From assembly GCA_012295275.1 (NCBI GenBank), contig CM022667.1:6572001-6636000 (forward strand): a stretch of 64,000 nucleotides of DNA, given 5' to 3'. Shown in pieces: positions 47,548 through 64,000 of this stretch (positions within the stretch are counted from its first letter, which is position 1; each line of letters begins with the position of its first letter). The position numbers and the translations under genes are program-made. The stretch comes from Chrysomallon squamiferum (Eukaryota; Animalia; Mollusca). The notes beneath the pieces are model-generated. The model saw only the letters and a list, made by a program, of their open reading frames with translations. It did no database searches and was not told where the DNA came from.

Positions 47548-48457
47548 CTTCTTCTTCACTTGAGCCAAATGTCGCAGATTTCTTTAAAATGTCGCCTTTT
47601 TATTGCTTTCGTCAACAATCGACACAGTTTCGTACCAACATTTCAAAAAATAAAACAAACAATTGTTTCAGTTTTCTCGCTACTTGTTTTTAGTGACTTA
47701 TTTCAAATATGTTTTGTTATGGGGTTTTTTTCTGAGGTATTTTCCCGTGTATTTTTTAGTCGATTTTTCACTGATTTTGTTCGTAGTTTTGTCTCGGAGC
47801 ACGTAAATGGAAGGAGGAATTCAACTTCAAAGTGAAGGTGTGTACATCGCAACCATTTCCCTGAGTTTTCAAAAATAACATGTTTTCCAAAATATTCACG
47901 TATGAGTCAGAGTTCGTGTCACTCATTTCGAATGACATCACCCAGGTATGTCAGACCAGATGTTGCGTACGTATAATCCTCTTTATTCTAAAATTGTATT
48001 TAAAATTTTAAAAGTATATCAGTAATTCTAAAAGTATATGTTTAATAATAAAATTGTATGTGTAATTCTAAATGTATATGTCTAATTCTAAAAGTATGTG
48101 CAATTCTAAAAGTATGTCTAATTCTAAAAATATATATGTAATTCTAAAAGTATTTGTGTTATTCCAAAAGTTCCGCGGAGACTAACAGTTACACGGATCG
48201 AAACTAAGAGGAGTTTGTTATACAGAGATAATACTTAGTGAGAGGTAAGTTCACTGCACGCGCTAACACACTAACACACTAACAGTGTTGTTACACACAT
48301 CACGTAGTCAGTCAGTGTCTGGGTTTTGAAGAACTGTTCCTTGTTTCAGTTTAAACCGACTGACAACGCAAAACGCTGCAGTCGTAACATTAATACATCC
48401 CTGAGTGTTATTTTGTACGTATTTCTTTCCGTGCGTGTCAGACTGTGTATGTATGTA

Positions 48458-48514
<57 letters not shown>

Positions 48515-49185
48515 ATACATACATAAATACATATATATATATTCATTTTGCTTTCTCAAATTTTGAAAACTTCACAGTATGAATTTATTGAAGATAATAA
48601 TAACCTTTCTATTATGTTTTTTTTTTTTTTTTTTTTTTTTGTCCAGTCTTTTTATTGGACTTTCTTTTTACATTATTTGTTGTGTTGTGTTGTGTTATGT
48701 TGTGTTACATTTTTGTGTGTTCTGGTGTGTAGAGTTTTGTTGTGTTGTGTTGCGTTGTGTTGTGTTATTTTTTGTTGTATTGTGTTCTGTTCTGTAGTTA
48801 TGTATGTTGTGTCATGTTGTGTTGTGTTTTGCTGTGTTATGTTGTGTTATGTTGTGTTGTGCTGTGTTATGTTGTGTTATGTTGTGTTGTGCTGTGTTAT
48901 GTTGTGTTATGTTGTGTTGTGCTGTGTTATGTTGTGTTATGCTGTGTTGTGCTGTGTTATGTTGTGTTATGATTGCTCCTCTTTCTTCTCCTTTAATTAA
49001 AAACATTTTCACACAGAAATGAAAACAGAACACATTTGATCTTGCTTCTTTCAAATACTAAATATTTTATTTCAGACAATACTGATTAAAAAAAAAAAAA
49101 AAATTGAGTTCATTAAAAAAAAGTTATCTTTTTCTTCTTTTTCCTTCTACTTGAGACAATACTGATTTCCACTCGTCAGATCTGA

Positions 49186-49347
49186 TCAGTCTGATTTCCT
49201 GACTTGGTCAATCCACGGGTAGAAGTTAGGTAGGTACGTGTACACGCCTGGATACCCGGGTCTCGCACACCCCGACCCGTACGACACCGCGCCCATCATC
49301 ACCCATCTGTTGTCAACAGCACACGCCAGCGGACCTCCAGAATCTCC

Positions 49348-49378
<31 letters not shown>

Positions 49379-49447
49379 TCAAAATAATAATAATAATAAC
49401 AATAATAATAATAAATAATAATAACAATAATAATCATAATAAATAAT

Positions 49448-49489
<42 letters not shown>

Positions 49490-49491
49490 AA

Positions 49492-49522
<31 letters not shown>

Positions 49523-51596
49523 AATAACATTTATTTGCAGGAAACAAATTTTTCTTGTTTTTTTTTTGTTTCTTTTTATATTTTCATTTCTTTAATTTTT
49601 TATTATTATTATTGTTGTTGTTTTGTTTGTTTTAGAACAGTTTTACCCTGCACGTGTCTTTCCCGCCGTCCACGTAGCCGCCGCATATGTTGCTGTCCTC
49701 ATTAAAGCCGGTGTAGACGTTGCTGCAAGACGTCGGCGACATGATTGGAATTCTTACTTCTTGTAAAACGTCGGGGGAGGTGTAGTCCGTCTCTGAAAAA
49801 AAAACATTTGTAAACAACAACGCAAAACAAGAGAGAAATAAAACAGATACAGTGTTTGGGGGGTTGTGGATGTTTGGGGGGTTATGGGTGTTTGTGGATG
49901 TTTGTAGATGTTGGGGGGTTGTGGGTGTTTGTGGATGCGGGGGGTTGTGGGTGTTTGGGGGAGGGGAGCTTAGCAGAAGATGAAAACTATGTCCAAGATA
50001 AAACAAAATTAAAATGAAAACAAAATAAAATAAACATTCGCGGGAAAAAACAATAGCAATAATGAGCTATGAAATAAACTGAAATTAAACAAAATTATAT
50101 TAAATTAAACTAAAAAAACAAACAAATAAATAAAATAAATTAATAAATGAAAAATAAACAAACAAACAAATAAGTAACTAAAGTGATAAGAAGAAGTCTG
50201 ACAGGAAGCAGCTAGGAATAATAAATAAAGAAAATGATATAATTAAATAATAAATAAACGAAAATGATATAATTAAATAATAAATAAAGAAAATGATATA
50301 ATTAAATAATAAATAAAGAAAATGATATAATTAAATAATAAATAAAGAAAATGATATAATTAAATAATAACTAACGAAAATGATATAATTAAATAATAAA
50401 TAAAGAAAATGATATAATTAAATAATAAATAACGAAAATGATGTAATTAAATAATAAATAAAGAAAATGATATAATTAAACAGAAAAATAATTTAAAATT
50501 AATCTACTATGAAAGATGAGCTCACCTTTGAGCAGGCCCCACCCAGAGGCGAGGCAGACCGTCCCCACGGGTAAGTGAACAGGTGTGGTGAGCAGACAGA
50601 TCGGCTGTACACAGTCCGTGTAGGTGACAGGATTTTTAAGTTTAACAACAGCAACGTCATCTGTAATAACAACAACAACAACAACAACAATAACATTAAT
50701 ACTGACAGCAAAACAACGAGATAATAACAACAATACCAGTAATAATAATATCAAGAAAAACAACAAGAGTAATAATAGTGAAACAAAAAAAAGAAACAGA
50801 AACTAGAAATTCAAAAATAGTATTAGTAGTAAAAATAGAAAAAGTAATAGTAGCAGTAGTAATAAAAAAGTAGTAGTAGTAATAGTGATGTTGTAATAGT
50901 AGTATAGTAATAAAAATAGTAGTAGTAGTAATAGTGATGTTGTAATAGTAGTATAGTAATAAAAATAGTAGTATAGTAATAGATGTAGAAGCGGCAGTAA
51001 TATAACAATAGTAATAGAAATAGTAATTTTAATAATAGTGGTAGTAGTTTTAGTAGTAGTTGATGTAATAGAGTTTACTAGTAGTAGTGGTGGTAATAGT
51101 AAAAGTATTATTAGTAGAAATAGTAATAATAACAGTAGTAGTATTTGTTGTTGTGGACTATGGTGTTGAAATAGAAAAAGTAAAAGTAAATCAGTGTTTG
51201 CTGCTGCTGTTGTTGTTTATGATGAATTATGAAATAAAGTAATAGGAAAGAAAAGAAGGAAAGAAAGAATAAAAGATAGAAAGAAAGACGTACTGTCAAA
51301 CGTGTCTGTGTAACCGGGGTGACGGTAGACGTTGCTGACATCAACGTACTGCATCTGTCCATCGTACTGTTTGTTTGAAGAGCCGAGTCCAACCTTTATG
51401 ATGGCTGGATCAGTAAGTGCCTGTCTGAAAAAGGTAGAAATAAAAAAATATAAAAACACAACAAGTACAAATTCCAGTAAAGAACCTATTTGTGTGACAA
51501 AAAAAACTGACCACTATGCCGTTTTTAGAAATATTGTTATGAGAAATATTTCACTTTGAAATGCCTATTAACAAATCTTTCAATCAGACCGAAGAG

Positions 51597-51695
<99 letters not shown>

Positions 51696-52085
51696 GAAAA
51701 CTCACTCAACACAATGGCCCGCTGTAACCACGTGACTGCGGTCAATGAGACTTCCGGTACAAATTCCTCGTGCTCCGATTCTGAGGACGACCACCCAGGG
51801 AAACTCACACTCGAGCGCGGCGTGACCCCCGACAACTCTGAGCTGCACCCCGCTCAAATACCCAGCAGGGTCGGAGATTTTAGAACTCACCCCGCAGTGC
51901 GCTGTAGAATAAAACAAATGTTACACGTCGTGTAACACATCATGTCTGCCTGTAACGTTTAACTGTTACAGTGGCAGAATTCCATCTTCGTTCTGCTTTG
52001 AGAATCAGAAATTTCCTTTAGTTTTTAAGTAAAGTCACTTTGTTTTAAAGAATATAAATAATACAATACAATGGTGTAGGCAAAG

Positions 52086-52152
<67 letters not shown>

Positions 52153-54143
52153 CATACTACTAATAATAATAATAGTAACTTTTTATTTTTGGTCACATTT
52201 TGAAAAAAATTATAAAAATAGGTAGCTTTTGGTCATCATTTTAAACAACACATATAAAAATAGCTAACTTTAAAAAAATAAATAACAATAATAATCTAAA
52301 TAATAATTTTGTGTCTACCAGTATCTACTGACAGTTGGTCGATTTGTGGACACTACGTGGTAATGCTGTTGTCTAGAATTAAAATAAGAAAAGGAAGAGT
52401 TAATGACCGAATGACTAAAATCTGACACTGAAGCAGATTTATTCTCAATGTACAAAATGTTTTGAAAATAATCGTCACAGAAAGATGTTTGACATGGCGT
52501 GTTTAGCTCTAAATATAAATTATTTCTAGCATTTGCCGAGATGCGATCCTAAAGTCCTCATAACAACAAACTAAGATGTGCTACAATAATATAAATGATG
52601 ATGATGATAATGATAATGATGATGGTGATGATGATGATGATGATGATGATGATTACGGAACAAACACAAATAATATGAATACATTACGTTCAGAGAAATT
52701 AGAAGTTCCACTGCTTGTAGTAATCTTAACTGGAGCTGTTGTCGTCGTTGTTGTTGTCGTCGTCGTTGTTGTTGTCGTTGTTGTTGTTGGTGTTGTTGGT
52801 GATTTCTTTGTTGTGAAAGAAACTTTGAAAAAAAATATTTATATCAATATTATCTGAAATACACCTATTATAAACAAATGTTTAATTAAAATGTAAGAAA
52901 TTATTTAGTTAGTTATTTTGTTACACAATATGAAATTAAATACAAACCAGTTATTGAATGCAGATTTATAAACTGAAAGGTTTGAAAACGTGTTACTGTA
53001 GACAGGTGTACAGATAAGTGAGATACGGAGACACGAACAAACAAACAGACAGACAGACAGACAGACACACAGACAGATACACAGACAGATACAAGTACTT
53101 ACCAACTGTGTCACAGTGACACTGGTCGTACAGAGCTTGAAGTGACGAATAACCAAACTGAATGTAACGTCTCCAGATCTCACAGTAACTCGCGGGAAAC
53201 TGACACTTTTCTACAAACAGAAACACCAGTCAATGGATCAGTCAGTCAGTCAGACAGTCAGTCAGTCGACCAGTCTTTAAATAATCAAATCAGTGGATAT
53301 TACCAGCACCAAAAATAGAATCAGAGAAACTTTATTAGCTACCTATGACGTAAACCGTATGATGTGAACAATCAAATGACGTCATACAAAATTATAAAAA
53401 TCGAAATGTTCAAGGTATGTGAATTTATTTGTTATACGTACGTTCTCTGATCTCAGTTTTTATTTTAATTTCTTCAATCTATCTATCTAGCTGTTTTCTA
53501 TCTACACACACATACATATACGTCCGTACGTACATACATACACACAAACATATAAACATTTTTCTATTAGTCTCATTTTTGTAATTAATTTTTTTCATTC
53601 AAGTCTTACGTTCATTTCCTGGTGTAGCTGTTGTTGTTGACGTCGATGTAGTCGTGGTTGTTGCTGGTGTAGTTGTTGTTGTTGTGGTAGTCGTTGGCGT
53701 TGTTGTTGTTGGAGTCGTAGTAGTAGTCGTTGGCGTTGTTGTTGTTGGAGTCGTAGTAGTAGTAGTTGGCGTTGTAGTTGTAGTGGTTGGCGTTGTAGTA
53801 GTAGTAGTTGGCGTTGTAGTAGTAGTAGTTGGCGTTGTAGTAGTAGTTGGCGTTGTAGTAGTAGTTGGGGTTGTAGTAGTTGGAGTTGTAATAGTAGGAG
53901 TAGTTGGAGATGTAACAATAGGAGCTGTAGTCGGCACTGTATAAATATCAACATAAATGAGTTCTATTTATATCAATAATTATAATTTACTTTTAATTTG
54001 CTTACTTACTTATTTACTTGCTCAGAAAATGTATTATTTATTATTTAGTCGTTATGAAAATTGTACCATTTTTATCTTGATATTATACTGATAATTCCTG
54101 TTTGACATTAATCCTTTTAGTTAAGTGTATTTATTTATTTTTA

Positions 54144-54174
<31 letters not shown>

Positions 54175-54397
54175 TTTTTTTGAATACTAGTATACCACTA
54201 ACATAAATATTATAATCATCATCATAATCATGATTATTATTATTAGTAGTAGTAGTATTATCATCATCATCATTATAACTCATTATTGTTATTATTCTTA
54301 TTATCATCATCATCATCATCATCATTATTATTATTATTATTACTATTATTATTATTTATTAGTATACTAATAAATATTACAATCATAATCATCATCA

Positions 54398-54470
<73 letters not shown>

Positions 54471-54808
54471 CGTCATCACCATTATCATGATCGTAATCAC
54501 AATATTGTCATTATCAGTGTGAGAGAAAACATCAGATCAGTTGTAGACTGACTTACAAAACTTTTCAAGGTAAAAGTCAGTAACGCGACGATACAAACAC
54601 TGTGTACGTAGTGAATCAGTTACGTAGATGTGTTTATACAAAGTAAAGTATAAAACAGAGAAACCTGACTTAGCGCAGTCGCACATGTCGTAGTAAAACC
54701 TGAGAGACGTGTAGCCCATGTTGATGTACAGTTTCCAGATGTTGCAGTAGTTCGAGTACTTAGTACACACAGCTAAACAAAACATAAATCATAGTTATAT
54801 ATATATAC

Positions 54809-54905
<97 letters not shown>

Positions 54906-55386
54906 AGGTAAGTATATAGTGGTAGTAGTAACAGAAGTAGTAGAAGTAGAAGTAGTAGTAGTAGTGGTAGTAGTAGTAGTAGAAGTAATAGTAGTAGCAA
55001 TGGTATAAAAGTATTATAGTAGTAGTAGTAGTAGTAGTTCTGTACTTTTAACAGAATAGAAAAAGCAAACATGACCAGTCTGTAAAAATGTTACGATCCA
55101 ATTAAATTTAAAATCTCGTTTAACTAATTTTTAGACACAAAAAACAAGTAAACACACCATTTATTTAATTTCTCCTTTCTTCTTCATGGAAATAAAAAAT
55201 AAAAAATGTCTGGTTATGTGTTTTTCACACTAATTAGATAAACTAACTAGATAAACTAACTAGATAAACTAACTAGATAAACTAATTAGATAAACTAATT
55301 AGATATTTTTACTCACTATTCACGTCTTGTGAGGAGGACAGAGTCAGAGAGAGAAGAAAAAACGTGACAGCGAGACAGCGACCCAT
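49186..55386 (-). CDS. Gene H: secreted active trypsin-like serine protease with two four-Cys modules and two Thr-rich mucin-like stalks
   Basis: Exons 55317-55386 (signal), 54665-54772, 53610-53936 (PTTTT repeats), 53103-53210, 52688-52822, 51706-51901 (LR|VVGG..CEFPW..TAGHC), 51294-51424, 50526-50660 (NDVAVV), 49647-49792 (GGKDTC) and 49186-49347 (GDSGGPL..PGVYT). Confidence 0.9.
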
Positions 55387-56388
55387 GTCGACCACGTCCA
55401 CACCCTCAGATCAAAAAACTAAAAACCTCTCACAGTTTAATAAACTACTCACAGTGCTGCGTTATTTAAAGTGTGCGGGGCTGCTTTGTTTGTTTTAGTT
55501 GATCACGATTTTTTAAGTTACATATCGGTTTCTGTTATGTATGACTGTCTGATTCATTTCTCAGTCTCACAAAGTACGTTTTTCAAAACCAACGCGAGTG
55601 TTTGAGAAATGTGCGCGGCTGAAAGGAACACTTTGAATTCGTACACTTACTCCGGGTCCCGTTTTCTTCTCTTCAAATATTTGATCAGCGAGAAGAGTTT
55701 TCTGTTATTGTGCGAGGTGTTCAACTGTCGCGTTCATTGCTTTGAGTTGTGTACAGTCGTAATAAAGTGGCGTTAAGACGGGTGGATTTACAGGAACGAT
55801 TTCAAATAACGAGGTATAAGTTTAGATAAAAGGAATAAGGAAGAAAGTTTTTATTTAACGACGCACTTAACATATTTTAATCAGTGCTTGTCACGTGGTT
55901 AAGAAGTTTAACTAGAGAAAACCTTGCATGAAGTTCAGTCGTTCCTGATTACGAGAAAGGAAGCGTCCCATAAACAGAATAACACATAACAACAGTTCTT
56001 CTCATTATTTATCTTTATTTCTATTAGTTCTTCAGACTGTATTCTGTTTATTGACTACATACTAGAAACATTTCTAAAAGTCACACCGTGTTTGTGCACC
56101 GTAAGAATGAAATGAAATAGATTCTCAGTAAATGTTTGAATATCATTACGTAAAAATCAAACAGTTCAAATCTTTAAAATAAAATCTTTTTACATGTACG
56201 ATAAACTATCTTGAGAAGATACCTGTGTGCTCTGTCTTCAAAGATGTTATAAAACTAATTAATTGTACAAATGTGTACTCAGAGTTAAACATGCAGGCAG
56301 TACGAGAGGAAGAAATGTAAGCAAATAAACAATCAGACAGCCAAATAGATAAAAGTGATAGGTAAATAGATATAGATAGACAGATAGA

Positions 56389-56431
<43 letters not shown>

Positions 56432-57441
56432 GAATACAGATAGACAGACATATATAATCAACAGACATATAAATAGACAGATGGATGGACGTATGGATAG
56501 ATAGATAGATAGATGGATGGATGGATGGATGGATGGATGGATGGATGGATGGATGGATGGATGATGATGATAGATTTATAGATAGATGATGATGATGATG
56601 ATGATGAAGATGATGATGTCTGTAAACGATAGATGATAGATAGGTAGATATGGATTATATGTGAAGATAGATCGATGATGATGACGTCATGATGCAGTGT
56701 TGAACCTGGTCGTAGAAATAACATGATAACTGTCTGAAAAGGTTATAACGGGTAGATGATGTTTATATGATGATGTAGTCGATGATGACGTTAAGACACG
56801 ACGTTAGTGCTGGTCATCAGGATGTTGATGTTTTGTTCTGATGAAGAAAAGTTTTGATGATGTTGAGCATGACACAAATGACGTCTGAGCAATAAAGACA
56901 GAAAAGTTTTGATGCTGAGCAGGATGTTGACGTTTTTGTTCTAAAGTAAGAAAAGTTTTGAAGCTGAGCAGACACAAATGACGTCTGTGCAATAAAGTAA
57001 GAAAAGTTTTGATGCTGAGCAGACACAAATGACGTCTGTGCAATAAAGTAAGAAAAGTTTGCTGTGTTCAAACGTGCTGACTAACACAACAATTCATTCA
57101 ACATTTTTCAAGAAAAGTTTTGTAAAATCTTCCCACTATTGCTTGAAAGAAAACCAGCGTGATATTATATCTACATTAAAAACAAAACAGATCACTTCTG
57201 CATTTCAACTTTATTAAATATTTCATCTGTTTCCTGATTTTATAAATACTAAAAATAACAAATAAAAAAGTAGACAGAAAGTCGAATTAAGCATATAAGT
57301 AACGTAGATACATTTAACAACGTGAGACCAAATTTAAAAATAAAATCAGTAACAAAAAGTTTTTAAAATGTTTTCTATATCTTCTTGTAAATATTATGTC
57401 CCACACAAGGCCACACGAACATACAGCCTTGTCACGTGATC

Positions 57442-62093
<4,652 letters not shown>

Positions 62094-64000
62094 CTTGTCC
62101 ACACTGACAACTTTTCTCAGCAGCCTAAACGTTTAGAAGACTTTTATTCAAAGTTCAGCTGGCTCGTACAATCCCACATGAAACATGATACGATGACGTC
62201 GCACGACAATGAGGTCGCAGCACAATGACGACGTCTGTTTTTGGAGTCTTACTTCATCGAGAAGCAAACATGATCGGTGAAATTGCGTTTCGTTTGTTCT
62301 TACAATTCTCATTCTCTTTTCGTTTTATTTGCACATTTTTGAACTTTCTCAACTGTTTGATGAGTGACGGTACTTCCGGTTTACCGTCAGGTATTTATTT
62401 TAATTAGTGGCACCAAAATCTTTACTTAATCATTTGATCATAGCTTTCTCGCGAAAAAAAAAAAATATATATATCGTTTATAAATCATTCTTTCTTTTTA
62501 TCGTATTTTTGTTTTTCTGTTTCTCTGTCTGTGTGTGTATGTGTTTGTATGTGTGTGCGTGCCTCTGTCAGTTTAAGATTTAATTGAAAAGCTGTGCACA
62601 CCTGACCTAATCCGCTGACTTTTTATCTGAAAGAAGATTTAAACAAACGCAGTGTTTACTTACACCTGTAACACCACAAACAGGAAATGTCAGAAACGGA
62701 ACAAATCACGCAAACATTACACAGCTCAATCTTAATAACTACTTTAATAAATGTCTTTATCAACGTTTCATACATTTACTAATACATTTTAGTAATTACG
62801 TATTAATTGTTTACATATATGTATATATATATAATGAATGTATGTATATGTATATATTTACTAATAAGTATTATTTTATTTTAATAGCTAGTAAATAGGT
62901 TTATGCTATCAGATTTTTCTGTTATAGTTTTATATTAATAATTACAAATTAATTAACGTGTTTTTAGCGTACGTTTTGTCTACTAAAACAAATTGTTTTA
63001 ATGTAATAATTAAATGTGTATATTAATAAACTACCCTATTTTTATTGTAATACAATCTTGTTTTATTTCTGTAAGAGTTTAATTGTTCTCATTAATAGCG
63101 CTTGTGTCATCATACTTAATAACTTCTTTAAACTTGTTTTCTTTGAACACACCTTAATATTCTTTGTGCTAAATATGAATTACATACAATTAAATAAAAC
63201 ATACCAGCACACACACACATATACACACGTGCACACGCATGCACACAAAGACACACACATACACACAGACACACACGAACACATACAGTCACACTCACAC
63301 ACTCATAAAGATATATATACAAATTTACACGCGTAGACCCATACAGACACGTGCACATTAACACAGATATACACACACATACACACACATACACACATAT
63401 ACACACATATACACAAATACTCATATGTGCATAAACAAACACACACGCATACACACGTACGCACGCACGCACATACGGTAAAACAACAACTTGTTAATTA
63501 AGTAAATTTATATTTCAGACCCCATCATTTGCTGCAGATATGTGAACAATACACTTAAAACTGATTTTATCTTATTTAAATATCAAATAATATCGCTACA
63601 ATCGCGTTGCAGTAGTAGAAGTATCTTTGTCTTCTAAATACAACGACGTGGTCTGTGACGTTATCACGGCGTTATTTGTAGTCCGGAACTTACAGTCGTT
63701 TTCTGTGTTTGTTGTTCTCTTGAAAACACCCGCTGAGTTATTTCACTTTGATCACTGAGTTTTCTCTATCAACAAAGAAGACACCAATATTAAATGATTT
63801 CAAGGTAGGGGGTAGGTGCACTTATTTCAGCGCTGTTGGTCTACCAAGGGAATTCATCATGCAAAAATGAAAGGCAAAGATAAAGGGAGGGAGGAAGGAA
63901 AAAAAGAAAAAGGAACAGAAGAGATGAAGAGCAAACACAGAAATATGCTGATTTAATGAGAGGCAATCCTTGTGTGTCATACAGAATACCTTTGTACTAC

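Overview
AT-rich, microsatellite-rich animal genomic DNA, probably a mollusc (inferred from domain repertoire and repeat style, not proven). I reconstructed exons by hand from GT/AG sites, reading phase and paralog alignment. The window holds a head-to-tail cluster of nine multi-exon secreted-protein genes, all on the minus strand, labelled A-I from left to right. D, H and I are trypsin-like S1A proteases with an intact His/Asp/Ser triad and Asp189. A, B, C, F and G are catalytically dead protease homologues. E has no protease domain. The N-terminal parts are built from interchangeable phase 1-1 exons: VWA domains with intact MIDAS (B, C, E), six-Cys big-/beta-defensin-like modules (D, E, F, G), an unrecognised four-Cys 'YC-x-[IV]W-xx-YI-xx-GY' module (H, I) and Thr-rich stalks. 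All eight protease-type genes keep an Arg|I/V/M activation site and an extra Cys25, and all seven with that exon in the window also have Cys117. This suggests a single-origin, self-contained protease/pseudoprotease cascade resembling arthropod clip-SP/SPH systems. Separately, many intronic or 3' minisatellites are tandem copies of the genes' own splice acceptors, donors or stop+AATAAA ends. Other features: one TA-flanked MITE, a tRNA-derived SINE-like head, a likely GC donor, a dual-use micro-exon, exon-patchy near-identity between F and G, and an in-frame stop in B. Nearly all long ORFs in the supplied track are repeat artefacts.
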